Source: an uncultured Aliarcobacter sp.
GTDB taxonomy: Bacteria; Campylobacterota; Campylobacteria; Campylobacterales; Arcobacteraceae
Reading direction: 5' to 3'
Length of the DNA stretch: 64,000 nt
Assembly (NCBI GenBank): GCA_963677435.1
Contig: OY781945.1
Coordinates: 1,024,001 to 1,088,000 of the forward strand
Positions 1-12,152 of this stretch are shown one piece after another; position 1 is the first letter of the stretch, and each line of letters starts with the position of its first letter. Under the pieces are notes generated by a model that was not told the origin of the DNA, searched no databases, and worked only from the letters and a program-made list of their open reading frames with translations. A program made the translations under genes and the position numbers.

Positions 1-53
1 TAAATAATCATCTATAATAAATAATAAATAAAAATAATAAGTTGTAAATAAAA

Positions 54-1250
54 ATGATAAGAGAAATAATAGAAAAAGAGTTAGTTGAAATCTATTTTCA
101 ACCAATTGTATCCATAAGAACAAAAAAAATATATGCATTTGAGGCACTTACAAGATGTACATATCAAGGGAAGTTTATACCTCCTGCTGAACTTTTTACT
201 TTGGCGTTGGAATCAAATTTGAGTTTAGAACTAGATGTATTGACAAGAAATAAATCTATAGAGAAGTTTAAACAATATTATTTGAAAAATAATGATTTAT
301 TGTTATTTCTAAATTTTGAATCTTCACTTATAAATACTTTTGATAAGAATCTGAGAAACTATTGTTTTGTTGAAACAATTGATGATATTGTAATTCCTTA
401 TAAAAATTTTGTAATTGAAATAAAAGAGGATGAAATAGCAAATACTCAAGCTTTAGAAGATTTTTGTATTTATTATAAAGAGTTAGGATTTGCAATAGCT
501 TTAGATGATTTTGGAACTGGAAATTCTACTTTTGATAGGATAAATTTAATAAAACCTGATTTAATAAAAATTGATAAATCATTATTCAGAAATATACGAA
601 ATAATCAAATAAATAAAGAGATAGTAAAAGCAATAGCAAAAATGAGTCACAACTCTGGAATTACAGTTTTAGCAGAAGGTGTAGAAGATGAAGATCCAAT
701 TTGTCTTTCTATGAAATCAAATATAAATCTTTTTCAAGGTTATTACTTTTCAAAAGCTATAAATGAATTAAATAGTGAGGAAGAAAATAAAATTTTGACA
801 AAAATTGCAGAGATTGGGAATATCTTTAAAAAAAGAACAATTGATTCAATAAATAAAAAAAGAGATTTGGTAAATAATTATAATTTAGTCTCAGACAAAA
901 TCATTGAACAATTTAATCATATAGATAGTGCAAAAAATATTATGTGTAGTGAATTGGATAACTGTTCTACTTTGGAAGCCATATATTTAATTGATGTAAA
1001 AACATCAAAACAGGTACACGATACTAGTATAAAAAGCATTAATGAAAGATTTAAACCCTCAAAAAATGGAGATGAACACTATTTAAAAGAATATTACTAC
1101 ATAACCTTAGAATCAAAACGAGGGATGTTTTTAAGTGAAAAATATATTTCATATGCAAGTGGAAATATATGTAAAACATTTGCTAAAAAGTTTGAATTAG
1201 AAAATGAATCTTACATAATATGTTTAGACATAATAATTAAAAGGAATTAA
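54..1250 (+). CDS. EAL-domain c-di-GMP phosphodiesterase with C-terminal YkuI_C-like (EAL-associated) domain
   Basis: [29 protein letters not shown] and FQGYYF motifs; C-terminal '[14 protein letters not shown]' sensory-type tail. Confidence 0.85.
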   Translation: MIREIIEKELVEIYFQPIVSIRTKKIYAFEALTRCTYQGKFIPPAELFTLALESNLSLELDVLTRNKSIEKFKQYYLKNNDLLLFLNFESSLINTFDKNLRNYCFVETIDDIVIPYKNFVIEIKEDEIANTQALEDFCIYYKELGFAIALDDFGTGNSTFDRINLIKPDLIKIDKSLFRNIRNNQINKEIVKAIAKMSHNSGITVLAEGVEDEDPICLSMKSNINLFQGYYFSKAINELNSEEENKILTKIAEIGNIFKKRTIDSINKKRDLVNNYNLVSDKIIEQFNHIDSAKNIMCSELDNCSTLEAIYLIDVKTSKQVHDTSIKSINERFKPSKNGDEHYLKEYYYITLESKRGMFLSEKYISYASGNICKTFAKKFELENESYIICLDIIIKRN

Positions 1251-1252
1251 TC

Positions 1253-3049
1253 ATGAAAAGTTTGTTGGACAGACTTAGTTTAAAAACGAAATTAATATTT
1301 TTAATAACATTCCCTTTTGTGGGTTTTTTATTAATTTCTGCACTTTATATAAATCAAATGTTAGTAGATGATTTCGATAATAAATCAGTTTTTACATTAA
1401 TATTTGTACTACTTGTAATTTTAATTACACTTTTTTTGTTTGTATCAATTTCAAATAATATTAATAATTCTATATTAACAATAAAATCAGGACTTAGTCG
1501 ATTTTTTAACTATCTTACTTCAACAGAAAAAAATCTTGATGCTATTGATTTAAATTCAAATGATTATTTAGGTGATATGGCAAAAGAGTTAAATCAAAAT
1601 ATTCAAAAAATAAAAGATGGACTTGCAATTGATAATGAAGTAATAAATGAAGCAAAATTTGTATCAAAAATGATAGGGAAAGGTTTTTTAGTTTATAGAA
1701 TAAATGGTGAAGCAAATAATGTTTACATAAATGAATTAAAAGATAATTTTAACCATATGATTGACTCTTTAAGGGAAAATATTGTTAATTCATTTGTAAC
1801 ATCGTTAAGTTATGCAAATGGAAATTTTGAGATAAAAGCTGATAAAAGTGATATTGGAGCAATTGTAAATACACTTTTAAGATGTTTAAATATGATAGGA
1901 ACAAATGTATCAGAATTTTTAGCAATGATAAATAAAAATGGTTATGTTTTAGATGAAAAATCTAATGAATTATTAGCTTTAGTAAGCAGTTTACACAATG
2001 CAACTATTAATCAAGCAGCATCCTTAGAAGAGACAAGTGCAGCAGTTGCAGAGATTACATCAAATATTGCAGATACTTCAATAAAAGCTAAAAATATGTT
2101 AGAAATTGCTACTAAAACAAAAAACTATGCAAATGAGGGAATTAAGTTAGTTGAAAATACTGAAAAATCAATGCTTGAAATAAATGACTCAACAAGTGCA
2201 ATTCAAGAAGCAATTACAATTATTGACCAAATTGCCTTTCAAACAAATATTCTTTCTTTAAATGCTGCAGTTGAAGCAGCAACTGCTGGAGAAGCTGGCA
2301 AAGGATTTGCAGTTGTTGCAGCAGAAGTGAGAAATCTTGCAAACAGAAGTGCAGATGCAGCAAAACAGATAAAACATCTTGTTGAAGTTGCAAATCAAAA
2401 ATCAATAGATGGTAAAAATTATTCTCAAGAGATGAAAAATAGTTTTGAAAAACTAGCTTCAATGATTCAAGAAAACACTGTAATTATTGATGATGTTGCA
2501 AAATCAAATGAAACCCAAATGCAAAATATTTCACAAATAAGTGAAACAATGAATAGACTAGACCATATAACTCAAGAAAATGCAAATATGGCAACTAAAA
2601 CAAAAGAGTTAGCAACACAAACAAATGAAGTAGCAATAAGTATGATAAAAGCTGCATCTTTAAATAAATATGACAAAGCTGTAGAAAATAGAATATCTGA
2701 TTTTGATTTAGTTCAAGAGTTAAATAATGTAAAAATAGATTATGCAAAATATAAACAAGCTATTTTAAATCAAGTAAATAATAATAGTGAAACTATAAAT
2801 ATTGATGTAGAAAATAGAAAAAATATAGATAAGTTTATAAAAAAATATGAATTAAAAGAAAAAGTAGATTCAGGTCATTTATCTAAAATCAAAGATAAAA
2901 CTATTCAATTAGATAAAAAACTTTCATATTATGGATTAGCAATAAAACAAAGAGATGAAAAGAATATATTAAGTACTTCAACTGAAATAGAGAATATATT
3001 AGATGAGTTATTTATAGAATTAAATAATATGAAAAGTACTAAAAAATAG
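1253..3049 (+). CDS. Methyl-accepting chemotaxis protein with degenerate C-terminal CZB-like domain
   Basis: Two N-terminal TM helices; [30 protein letters not shown] signalling hairpin. Confidence 0.9.
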   Translation: MKSLLDRLSLKTKLIFLITFPFVGFLLISALYINQMLVDDFDNKSVFTLIFVLLVILITLFLFVSISNNINNSILTIKSGLSRFFNYLTSTEKNLDAIDLNSNDYLGDMAKELNQNIQKIKDGLAIDNEVINEAKFVSKMIGKGFLVYRINGEANNVYINELKDNFNHMIDSLRENIVNSFVTSLSYANGNFEIKADKSDIGAIVNTLLRCLNMIGTNVSEFLAMINKNGYVLDEKSNELLALVSSLHNATINQAASLEETSAAVAEITSNIADTSIKAKNMLEIATKTKNYANEGIKLVENTEKSMLEINDSTSAIQEAITIIDQIAFQTNILSLNAAVEAATAGEAGKGFAVVAAEVRNLANRSADAAKQIKHLVEVANQKSIDGKNYSQEMKNSFEKLASMIQENTVIIDDVAKSNETQMQNISQISETMNRLDHITQENANMATKTKELATQTNEVAISMIKAASLNKYDKAVENRISDFDLVQELNNVKIDYAKYKQAILNQVNNNSETINIDVENRKNIDKFIKKYELKEKVDSGHLSKIKDKTIQLDKKLSYYGLAIKQRDEKNILSTSTEIENILDELFIELNNMKSTKK

Positions 3050-3229
3050 AATATAATAGAAAAAAATAAGAAATTTACTATTTATAATAATTCAAGAAGT
3101 TGCCATTTTTACGGATGAGATGTAATATATTAATTAAATAATAATGATATTAATATTAAGACAAAAAATAAAATAATTTGATAGAATACTTATACAAGAA
3201 TATTTTAGTAACTTTTTTAAGGAAATTCT

Positions 3230-4855
3230 ATGGACCTAACTCTTCCACAAGCTGCAAACTTTTTGAAACTTATTTCAAAACATTTACCTGACATGTTGTG
3301 GGCAAAAGATTTAGAAGGTAGATATTTATATGCAAATGATGCAATTTGTAATAAGTTATTAATGGCAGATCCTAAAGAAGTTGTTGGACAAAAAGATGTA
3401 TTTTTTGCCCAAAGAGAAAGAGCTAAACATCCCCAAAATAAACAATGGCATACTTTTGGAGAATTATGTTTCAATTCTGATTATGTGGTAATTGAACAAA
3501 TGAAACCTATGATTTTTGAAGAGTATGGAAATATCAAAGGGGAACTTGTATATCTTGAAGTTCATAAAGCACCTTTACATGATGAAAATGGAAATTTAAT
3601 AGGTACTATTGGAAGTGGAAGAGATATTACTGCTCAAGTTTTATTAGAAAAAAAGAATGAAGAATTAGCTTATTATGACCACTTAACACATTTACCAAAT
3701 AGACAAAAAATCATTTTAGATATGAATGAAAAATCGCCTAAAGCCTGTGTAATTTTTAATATTGATGAATTTAAAGTAATAAATGATTTTTTCGGTGTTG
3801 AAAGTGGAGATAAAATTTTAAAAGATATTTCAGAATGGTTTTTAAGATTAGGTTTAGAGCCATATAGAATAGATGGTGATGAGTTTGCAATATTGTATTA
3901 TGATGATATTTCAATTGAAGATATAAAACACAATATTGAAAACCTTTTATCTTTATTTGAAGAAGAATTATTTCATGTGCAAGATGAAACTGTTCATCTT
4001 CAGTTTTCAGCAGGAATTGCAAAGGTAAAAGAGAAACTACTTACAAAAGCTGATATTGCAGTTAATTATGCAAGAGAGCAAAAAATTAAAGTTTCAGTAT
4101 ATGAAGAGAATGCAAATATTGAGCAAAAGTATAAACGAAATATTGCCATTGCAACTTCAATAAGAGAAGCTTTATTAGATAACAGAATCGTATGTCATTA
4201 TCAACCAATTATGGATATTAAAACAGGTCAAATTAGTAAATATGAAACATTAGTTAGAATGGTTGATAAGAATAATCAAATAATTCCACCTTTAGATTTT
4301 TTAAAAATTGCAAAAAAAACAAAACTCTATTCTCACATTACAAAAGAGGTTATTCATCAATCATGTAATACATTTAAAAATAGAAAAGAGAGCTTTTCTG
4401 TAAATCTATCAATTGATGATATTCAAGATGCAACTACTGTACAAGAGATTATTCATACAATTATAAATACAAATACAGCCTCAAGAATAGTTTTTGAAAT
4501 ATTAGAATCAGAAGGAATTGAAAATTATGATGAGGTTGCAAATTTTATTACACAAGTAAAATCACTTGGAGCAAAAATCGCAATTGATGATTTTGGAACA
4601 GGTTACTCTAATTTTGAACATATCTTAAAATTAAATGTAGATTTTATAAAGATTGATGGCTCTTTAATTAAAAGTATTCATGAAAATAAAAGACATAGAA
4701 TAATCGTAGAAATAATAGTTGACTTCGCAAAAAAAACTAATTCTAAAACAATAGCTGAATATGTAATTGACGAAACAATCTTCTCAATCATAAAAGAGAT
4801 TGGAGTAGATTTCTCTCAAGGTTTTTATACTGGAAAACCGGACTTACTAAAATAA
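3230..4855 (+). CDS. PAS-GGDEF-EAL protein (GGDEF degenerate as DGDEF)
   Basis: PAS_4-like N-terminus (WAKDLEGRYLYAN), YDHLTHLPNR, RIDGDEF, YETLVR, IDDFGTGYSNF. Confidence 0.88.
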   Translation: MDLTLPQAANFLKLISKHLPDMLWAKDLEGRYLYANDAICNKLLMADPKEVVGQKDVFFAQRERAKHPQNKQWHTFGELCFNSDYVVIEQMKPMIFEEYGNIKGELVYLEVHKAPLHDENGNLIGTIGSGRDITAQVLLEKKNEELAYYDHLTHLPNRQKIILDMNEKSPKACVIFNIDEFKVINDFFGVESGDKILKDISEWFLRLGLEPYRIDGDEFAILYYDDISIEDIKHNIENLLSLFEEELFHVQDETVHLQFSAGIAKVKEKLLTKADIAVNYAREQKIKVSVYEENANIEQKYKRNIAIATSIREALLDNRIVCHYQPIMDIKTGQISKYETLVRMVDKNNQIIPPLDFLKIAKKTKLYSHITKEVIHQSCNTFKNRKESFSVNLSIDDIQDATTVQEIIHTIINTNTASRIVFEILESEGIENYDEVANFITQVKSLGAKIAIDDFGTGYSNFEHILKLNVDFIKIDGSLIKSIHENKRHRIIVEIIVDFAKKTNSKTIAEYVIDETIFSIIKEIGVDFSQGFYTGKPDLLK

Positions 4856-5033
4856 ATTTAAATGCAATATAAATAATAAAAAATTCAATCATATAGTATC
4901 TTTTTAAGATGTTTTATATTATTATCTGATGTTAAATAATGAATATTTACATAAAAATATTTAATTATTATTAATGAATGGTTACTCATATAGGCAAAAT
5001 GATAATAATAGTTTAAGAAAAGGGGACAAAACT

Positions 5034-7349
5034 ATGTTTAAGAATTTAACAATTAGATTTAAATTGATACTATCTTTTTCAATAATAATTTTATTGATAA
5101 TGATATTGGCTTCATATAGCATCTATGCAACAAATAAATCATCTGATGGTTTCACAGAATATAGAGGAATAGCTAAAAGTAGTATTTTAGCAAGTAGAGT
5201 TCAATCAAATATGCTTATGATGAGGTTAAATGTTTTAAACTATTTAACCACAAAATCTAATAAAGATATAGAAGATTTTAATCATTATTTTGATGTATCA
5301 AAAGGTTTTATAACAGAAGCAAAAACAGATATAAAAGATACAAATAATAATATTTTAGTGAAAAATATTGATATTTCTCTTGATATTTATAAAGAGAGTT
5401 TTTTGCAAGTTGTTGATTTAATGAAAAAAAGGGATGATATTTTTCATGATAATTTAAATATTAATGGTAAAAAAGTAGAAAAAGAGTTAAGTTCACTAAT
5501 ATTGAAAAATGAAGAAAAGAGTAGACAAGATATCTCTTTAGAATATTCAAAAATTTTAAAAGAGTTCCTTTTAGCTAGGCTTTATACTATGAAACTATTA
5601 GAATCAAATAGTAAAGAAGATTATGAAAGAGTAATTAGTGAATTTGCAGATTTTGAAGAGAAATTAAAACAATTTAAAAATAATTTTGATAGCTCAGAGA
5701 TAAAAAATATTGTTAACTTAGCAAAAACATACAATAATGGAGTTACACAAATATATGAAACAATAAATCAAAGAAATAAAATTTTAGATGAAAAAATATA
5801 TATAATTGGCCCAGAAATTGCAAAAATATCTGAAGATATCAAGTTATCATTAAAAGAAAGACAAGATGCTATTGGACCTGAAGTTGCAAAATTAAATAAT
5901 AATATAAAACTTCTAATAACTACAATTTCACTTATCATTTTAGTATTTGGAATTTTTATAGCTGTTGTACTTCCAAGAAATATAACAAATCTTTTAAATC
6001 TTTTTAAAGAAGGATTATTTAGTTTCTTTGTATATTTAAATAGAGAATCTTCAACTGTTCAATTAATAAATATAGATTCAAAAGATGAATTTGGAGAAAT
6101 GGCAAAAATAGTAAATAAAAATATTGATAAAACTCAAAAAAGTATAGAAGAAGATAGAAGATTAATAGATGAAGCAATAGCTGTTCTAGGAGAATTTGAA
6201 CAAGGTGATTTATGTCAAAGATTAAATATAAGTGTAGATAATCCTGCACTTATGGAACTAAAAAATGTTCTTAATAAAATGGCAAATAATCTTGAAAATA
6301 ATATTGATAATGTATTAAAAGTTTTAGAACAATACAGTAACTATAATTATTTAAATAAAATTGATAAAAAAGATTTAAAAGAACAACTTTTAAAACTAGC
6401 AAATGGCGTAAATAATTTAGGTGATTCTATAACTCAAATGTTATTAGAAAATAAATCAAATGGATTGACTTTAGATAATAGCTCAAACATATTGTTATCA
6501 AATGTAGATAAACTAAATCAAAGTTCAAATGAAGCAGCATCAAGTTTAGAAGAGACAGCAGCCGCACTTGAAGAGATAACATCTAATATTAGAAATACAA
6601 CAGAAAATATTGCTCAAATGTCTAAACTTTCAAGTGAAGTAACTTCATCAGCATCAGAAGGAGAAAGATTAGCAAATCAAACAACAGTTTCAATGGATGA
6701 AATAAATTCCCAAGTAAATCTAATAAATGAATCCATAACAGTAATTGACCAAATAGCATTCCAAACAAATATTCTTTCACTAAATGCAGCCGTAGAAGCA
6801 GCAACTGCAGGAGAAGCAGGGAAAGGATTTGCAGTAGTTGCAGCAGAAGTGAGAAACTTGGCTTCAAGATCAGCAGAAGCTGCTCGAGAGATAAAAACTA
6901 TTGTTGAAGCTGCAACTGTAAAAGCTAATCAAGGAAAAGATATAGCTAGTAATATGATTAGTGGATATAAACAGTTAAATCAGAATATTTCACAAACAAT
7001 AAATCTGATTCAAGATATCGAGATGTCAAGTAAAGAACAATTAACAGGTATTGAGCAAATAAATGATGCTGTAAATCAACTAGATCAACAAACACAAAAA
7101 AATGCAGCAGTAGCATGACAAACTCAAGATATAGCTGAAATTACAGATAAAATTGCAAAATTAATTGTTACAAATGCAGATGAAAAAGAGTTTGCTGGGA
7201 AAAAAGAAGTAAAAGCAAAAAATATGAATGCAAATAATAATTCTTCATTTGATTCAAAAGTAGTTGAAGTTGCACATAAGAAAAAAGCAATATCACAAAA
7301 TGAAAAAAAGAGTTCAAATAATTCTAAAGAAGAATGGGAAACTTTTTAA
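5034..7349 (+). pseudogene. Methyl-accepting chemotaxis protein interrupted by in-frame TGA at 7116-7118; frame continues 76 codons to ...EEWETF
   Basis: MCP signalling motif; sequence after the TGA still aligns with paralog 14074..15984 and ends in a WETF pentapeptide; start chosen at ATG 5034 behind GGGG SD. Confidence 0.8.
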
Positions 7350-7367
7350 ACCTTTAATCTTATAAAT

Positions 7368-7396
7368 AATTCTGATAGGAAAAGCCTATCAGAATT
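7368..7396. terminator. Bidirectional terminator-like hairpin
   Basis: AATTCTGATAGG-aaaag-CCTATCAGAATT, perfect 12-bp stem between convergent genes. Confidence 0.7.
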
Positions 7397-7450
7397 AATT
7401 TGAGAGGGAATATTTAACGGTCTCAAATTAAATATTTTGGCTAGTGAAAT

Positions 7451-9352
7451 TTATTTTAAAGTATCAAACTCAATAGTAATTTCAGTTCCTTTGTAATTAT
7501 TATTTTGATAAGTTAAGTCAACATTTTTAATTAAAAGATTACCTTTCATGTGTTTCACAATAATTTCTTCTGTCATATAAAGTCCAATTCCTGTGCCTTT
7601 TGCTTGATGTTTCGTTGTAAAGTAGGGTTCACAAACTTTATCAATTATTGATTCATCAATTCCTCCTGCATTATCAGTTATTTTGATAAATGATTTGTTG
7701 TCTTTTTTATAAGTAGAAATAAAAATTAATTTCTCAGAATTTACAGTTTCTAGGGCATCTTTAGCATTATTTAGAATATTTATTAAAGCTTGAATAAACT
7801 CATTTTCGAAACCAAATAATTCATAATCATTTATGTTATTTATAAAAAGAATATTGTTATTTTTATATTGAGCTTCTGTTAGTTTTAGAACTTTTTCAAA
7901 AACATCTTTTATGTCAAATTTAATTTCAGTTTTATCTGTTTTAAAAAAGTTTCTAAAATCATCAATAGTATCAGATAGATATAAGGCAGAGTGATTAATA
8001 TTTTCTATAGATTTATTGAAGGTTTCATCATCAAGACAATCAAACTCTTTTTGAAGTTTCATTCCAGAAGCCAAAGTTGTAATAACAGAAAGAGGTTGTC
8101 TCCATTGGTGGGCAATATTTCCTAACATTTCTCCCATAGCAGCCATCTTTGATTGTTGGGATAAAATATGTTGTTGTTTAGTATTTTTATCAATATAAAG
8201 ATTAATTTCACTTTTATATTTTGAGAATTTTTTTTCAATTAATTTTGAAATATAGAATGAAATCAATAATAAAACGATAGTTAAAATTAATGCAAAATAG
8301 ATTATATTTATAACTTTTTCATGAAAATTTGTATTTAGTTCATTGGTTTTCTTTTTTATAATTTGATTTATATCTTCATGGTAAAAGCCTTTACCTAAAA
8401 TCCAACCCCAATTATTTAAACCTATTATATAACTGGTTTTTATTCTAAATTCATTTAAAAGTTTGTGGTTATAAGTTATGAATCCACTTCCATGCTTAGC
8501 CATAAAAAGCATATCATTAAAAACTTGTGTATTATTGAAGTTTGTAGTATCTTGTATGTTTTTATTAATATTTTTTTCTATTAAGTGAAACAAAATTTTT
8601 TTGTTGTAATCAAGAATAAAAAAATAGTTACTATCATTTGCTCTTAATCTTGAAATATATTCTAAAACTTCTTTTTTTACATCATTGTCAAAATCTTCAA
8701 AATATTCTCCTGTTCCAATAAACCAGTCATAAGGTTCAAAATAAGTATTGAAACCTATTTTTTTATAACCTTTTGTCGGGTCATTAGGTTTTGGATAATA
8801 CCAAGTTAAAAAACCTTCTTTTTCTGTTTTAACTTGTTTAACTATTTCTCTTGTTAAAAATGTTCCATTTGAATCTTTAAAATTATAAAAACTTGTTCCT
8901 TCTAAATTCTTTGCAATGGGTAATAAAATACACTCATAATCCAAAGAGTAAATAAAAAAATATCCTCTTCCTTCATTAAATCTTATATTTCCAAGAGCAT
9001 CTTGAATCATCTTTTTTATTTCATTTTTTGATTTTGAGTCTTTGTTTTCATTATAAATATTCATAGCAATATCTTTTGCTTCATAAACTCTATTTTTTAT
9101 ATTTTCTTTGAGTCTATTTTCTGTTGATTCTTGAGTTTTGATAATAAAATTATATAAATCATCTACATCAAGGGATACGATGTCTTTATTTTTTTTAATA
9201 AATTCTTCTTTAATTGTATTTTTTTCTTTTTGAAGTTCTCTTTGTTTATCAAGATATAAAAAGAAAGTCATAATAAGAGAAATAGTTAAGATAAATATTG
9301 GAGGAGTAAATTTAATAATATTTATAAGTGATTTTTCATTTTTGTAAGTCAT
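7451..9352 (-). CDS. Cache-domain sensor histidine kinase (paralog 1)
   Basis: TM-Cache-Cache-TM; H-box NIAHQWRQPL; N/G boxes NNAKDA, DNAGGI, GTGIGLY. Confidence 0.9.
   Translation of the reverse strand: MTYKNEKSLINIIKFTPPIFILTISLIMTFFLYLDKQRELQKEKNTIKEEFIKKNKDIVSLDVDDLYNFIIKTQESTENRLKENIKNRVYEAKDIAMNIYNENKDSKSKNEIKKMIQDALGNIRFNEGRGYFFIYSLDYECILLPIAKNLEGTSFYNFKDSNGTFLTREIVKQVKTEKEGFLTWYYPKPNDPTKGYKKIGFNTYFEPYDWFIGTGEYFEDFDNDVKKEVLEYISRLRANDSNYFFILDYNKKILFHLIEKNINKNIQDTTNFNNTQVFNDMLFMAKHGSGFITYNHKLLNEFRIKTSYIIGLNNWGWILGKGFYHEDINQIIKKKTNELNTNFHEKVINIIYFALILTIVLLLISFYISKLIEKKFSKYKSEINLYIDKNTKQQHILSQQSKMAAMGEMLGNIAHQWRQPLSVITTLASGMKLQKEFDCLDDETFNKSIENINHSALYLSDTIDDFRNFFKTDKTEIKFDIKDVFEKVLKLTEAQYKNNNILFINNINDYELFGFENEFIQALINILNNAKDALETVNSEKLIFISTYKKDNKSFIKITDNAGGIDESIIDKVCEPYFTTKHQAKGTGIGLYMTEEIIVKHMKGNLLIKNVDLTYQNNNYKGTEITIEFDTLK
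7462..7836. repeat. Near-identical 375-bp direct repeat (copy 1; copy 2 at 9426..9800) encoding the HATPase domains
   Basis: By-eye alignment at constant offset 1964 with only about four mismatches. Confidence 0.85.
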
Positions 9353-9405
9353 TAAGTTCCTATTTTATAGTTCATTGATTTTAACATAATTTAGATTTTA
9401 ATAAA

Positions 9406-11304
9406 TTAATGTTTTTGTTGACTTATATCAAACTCAATAGTAATTTCAGTTCCTTTGTAATTATTATTTTGATAAGTTAAGTCAACATTTTTAATTAAAA
9501 GATTACCTTTCATGTGTTTAACGATAATTTCTTCTGTCATATAAAGTCCAATTCCTGTGCCTTTTGATTGATGTTTTGTTGTAAAGTAGGGTTCACAAAC
9601 TTTATCAATTATTGATTCATCAATTCCTCCTGCATTATCAGTTATTTTGATAAATGATTTGTTGTCTTTTTTATAAGTAGAAATAAAAATTAATTTCTCA
9701 GAATTTACAGTTTCTAGGGCATCTTTAGCATTATTTAGAATATTTATTAAAGCTTGAATAAACTCATTTTCGAAACCAAATAATTCATAATCATTTATGT
9801 CGTTTATAAGAATAATATTATTATTTTTAAATTGAGCTAGTGTTAATTTTAAAACTTTTTCGAAAATATCTTTTATTTTGAATGTAACTTTTTCTTTATC
9901 AGTTCTAAAAAAATTTCTAAAATCATCAATAGTATCAGATAAATATAAAGCTGAGAGATTAATATTTTCTATAGATTTATTAAAAGTTTCATCATCAAGA
10001 CAATCAAACTCTTTTTGCAGTTTCATTCCAGAAGCTAAAGTTGTAATAACAGAAAGAGGTTGTCGCCATTGGTGGGCAATATTTCCTAACATTTCTCCCA
10101 TCGCAGCCATTTTTGATTGTTGAGATAAAATATGTTGTTGTTTGTTTATTTCTAATTTATAATTTAGGAATTTTTTTTCGACTATTTTTGAAATATAAAG
10201 AGAAATAGTCAATAAAATTAGAGTTAATATGGTAGTAATTAAAAAAATATTTCTTATTTTTTTATTGAATTCTTCATTTAATTGTAAAGTTTTTTCTTTA
10301 ATTAGTTGATTTAAATAATTGTGATAGAAACCTTTCCCTAAAATCCAACCCCAATTATCTAAAGACTTTACATAACTAGTTTTGGTAAGAGGTATCTCAT
10401 CTTCTTTAATTTTATAATCATAAGTAATAAATTCACCTCCGTCTTTTATTAATTTGAAAATTCTTTCAAATAATTCATCTTCTTTTTTAGAAGAAAATTT
10501 CTGGAAAGATTTACTTACAACATTATCCACTTTTTGAAATACAGTTTTATCATTATAATTTAAAATAAAAAAATAATTATTTTCACTTGTTTTTAATCGT
10601 GAGATATATTCTAAAACCTCTTTTTTCATACTCTCTTCAAAATCTACAACATATTCGCCACTTCCTATAAACCAATCATATGGTTTAAAATGAATATTAA
10701 AACCAATTTTTTTGTAATTTACTTCTTTTGAATCATTTGGTTTTGGATAGTGCCATGTCAAAAATACTTCATCTTTATTTTGAAGTTCTCTAACTATTTC
10801 TCTTCCTAAATAATAACCTTTAGAGTCTTGAAAATCATAAACACTTTTATCTTCATTTTCCCTATTTACTGGTAATAAAATACACTTATAATTAAAATCA
10901 TAAATAAAAATATATCCTCGTTCATCGTTGAATCTTATGTCAACAATGGCATCTTTTATCATTTTAATTATTTCATCTTTTGATTTTGTATCTTTATTTT
11001 CATTGTAAATTCTCATAGCAATACTATTTGCTTCATAAACTCGTTCTTTTATACTTTCTTTTAGTTTTTCTTCTGTTTTTGCTTGAGTTCTAAGAATTAA
11101 ATCATGTAAATTTTCTACTTCAGTTTTTACAAAATCTTGATTTCTTTTTAAAAATTCTTTTTTTATTGTCTCTTTTTGTTTTTCTAATTCATTTTGTTTC
11201 TCAACATATAAAAATATTGTAATAATTAGTGAAAGAGAGATTATAAATATTAAAGGTGTGTATTTAATTATATTTATTAAAGATTTTTCATTTTTATATG
11301 TCAT
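9406..11304 (-). CDS. Cache-domain sensor histidine kinase (paralog 2)
   Basis: Same architecture and identical N-terminus MTYKNEKSLINIIK as 7451..9352. Confidence 0.9.
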   Translation of the reverse strand: MTYKNEKSLINIIKYTPLIFIISLSLIITIFLYVEKQNELEKQKETIKKEFLKRNQDFVKTEVENLHDLILRTQAKTEEKLKESIKERVYEANSIAMRIYNENKDTKSKDEIIKMIKDAIVDIRFNDERGYIFIYDFNYKCILLPVNRENEDKSVYDFQDSKGYYLGREIVRELQNKDEVFLTWHYPKPNDSKEVNYKKIGFNIHFKPYDWFIGSGEYVVDFEESMKKEVLEYISRLKTSENNYFFILNYNDKTVFQKVDNVVSKSFQKFSSKKEDELFERIFKLIKDGGEFITYDYKIKEDEIPLTKTSYVKSLDNWGWILGKGFYHNYLNQLIKEKTLQLNEEFNKKIRNIFLITTILTLILLTISLYISKIVEKKFLNYKLEINKQQHILSQQSKMAAMGEMLGNIAHQWRQPLSVITTLASGMKLQKEFDCLDDETFNKSIENINLSALYLSDTIDDFRNFFRTDKEKVTFKIKDIFEKVLKLTLAQFKNNNIILINDINDYELFGFENEFIQALINILNNAKDALETVNSEKLIFISTYKKDNKSFIKITDNAGGIDESIIDKVCEPYFTTKHQSKGTGIGLYMTEEIIVKHMKGNLLIKNVDLTYQNNNYKGTEITIEFDISQQKH

Positions 11305-11408
11305 TTATTTCCAATTTTATAGTTAAATTAATTCTATCACAATTTAAATTTTAATAGAATGACTAAAATCAATGGTTTTATAGAATACAATTATTAATAG
11401 GAGATAAA

Positions 11409-12113
11409 ATGTCAAAAAAAGTTTTAATAACAGGTGGAAATAAAGGAATAGGCTTAGCTGTTTCAAGAGCTATGTTAGAGTTTGGATATGAAGTTATTAT
11501 TGTTGCAAGGGATTTTGATACTTGTCCTTTAGTAGGTGTTGCAAATGTCACAGCTATTGAATATGATTTATCAAATGTGGATGATTTACCTGCTCTTGCA
11601 AAAGAGATTGGAAATATTGATATTTTAATTAATAATGCTGGTTATATGCAACCAAAATATACTTATAATAACTATCCAAAAGAGGCGAAAGAACACATTA
11701 TGAATGTGGATTTATATACGCCAGTTGAATTAATGAATATTTTTTCTGAGCATATGAAAAAACAAAAATATGGAAGAATCGTAAACACAGCATCAATTGC
11801 TGGACAAATTGGACATCCTGATGTTTGGTATGGAATTGCAAAAGCAGGGCTTATAAATGCTACAAAAATCTATGGAAAAATGTTAGGCGCTTATGGAATT
11901 ACAGTAAATTGTGTAGCTCCAAGTCCAACTGAAACTGATATGCAAAAAGATAACTCAGAAGAGAGAAAAGCAGAATTCAAAAAAACAGTAGCAACTGGAA
12001 GATTTGCAACACCTGAAGAAGTTGCAAAAGCTATAGTTTGGTTAGCAACTGATTGTCCAGAGTATATAAATGGAATTTGTTTAGATATAAATAATTGTTC
12101 ATATCCTAGATAA
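11409..12113 (+). CDS. Short-chain dehydrogenase/reductase (SDR)
   Basis: TGGNKGIG, NNAG and YGIAK catalytic motif. Confidence 0.9.
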   Translation: MSKKVLITGGNKGIGLAVSRAMLEFGYEVIIVARDFDTCPLVGVANVTAIEYDLSNVDDLPALAKEIGNIDILINNAGYMQPKYTYNNYPKEAKEHIMNVDLYTPVELMNIFSEHMKKQKYGRIVNTASIAGQIGHPDVWYGIAKAGLINATKIYGKMLGAYGITVNCVAPSPTETDMQKDNSEERKAEFKKTVATGRFATPEEVAKAIVWLATDCPEYINGICLDINNCSYPR

Positions 12114-12118
12114 GGTTA

Positions 12119-12152
12119 AAAAATAGCAAAAACTTATAGGTTTTTGCTATTT
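12119..12152. terminator. Bidirectional terminator hairpin
   Basis: AAAATAGCAAAAAC-ttatag-GTTTTTGCTATTTT between convergent genes. Confidence 0.7.

Noticed and set aside
2220..2462. Short antisense or overlapping ORFs in the track (e.g. 2220, 3217, 6622, 9878, 27895, 34553, 43636, 63488)
   Set aside because: Shadows of well-supported genes with no motifs; their recurrence reflects conserved sense-strand codons
6740..6880. DNA repeats shared among 2.2, 6.8, 15.5 and 32.3 kb
   Set aside because: These are the conserved MCP signalling hairpin, not a mobile repeat
7116..7170. Selenocysteine recoding of the MCP UGA
   Set aside because: No SECIS-like hairpin follows, and the position is not Cys in the paralogs
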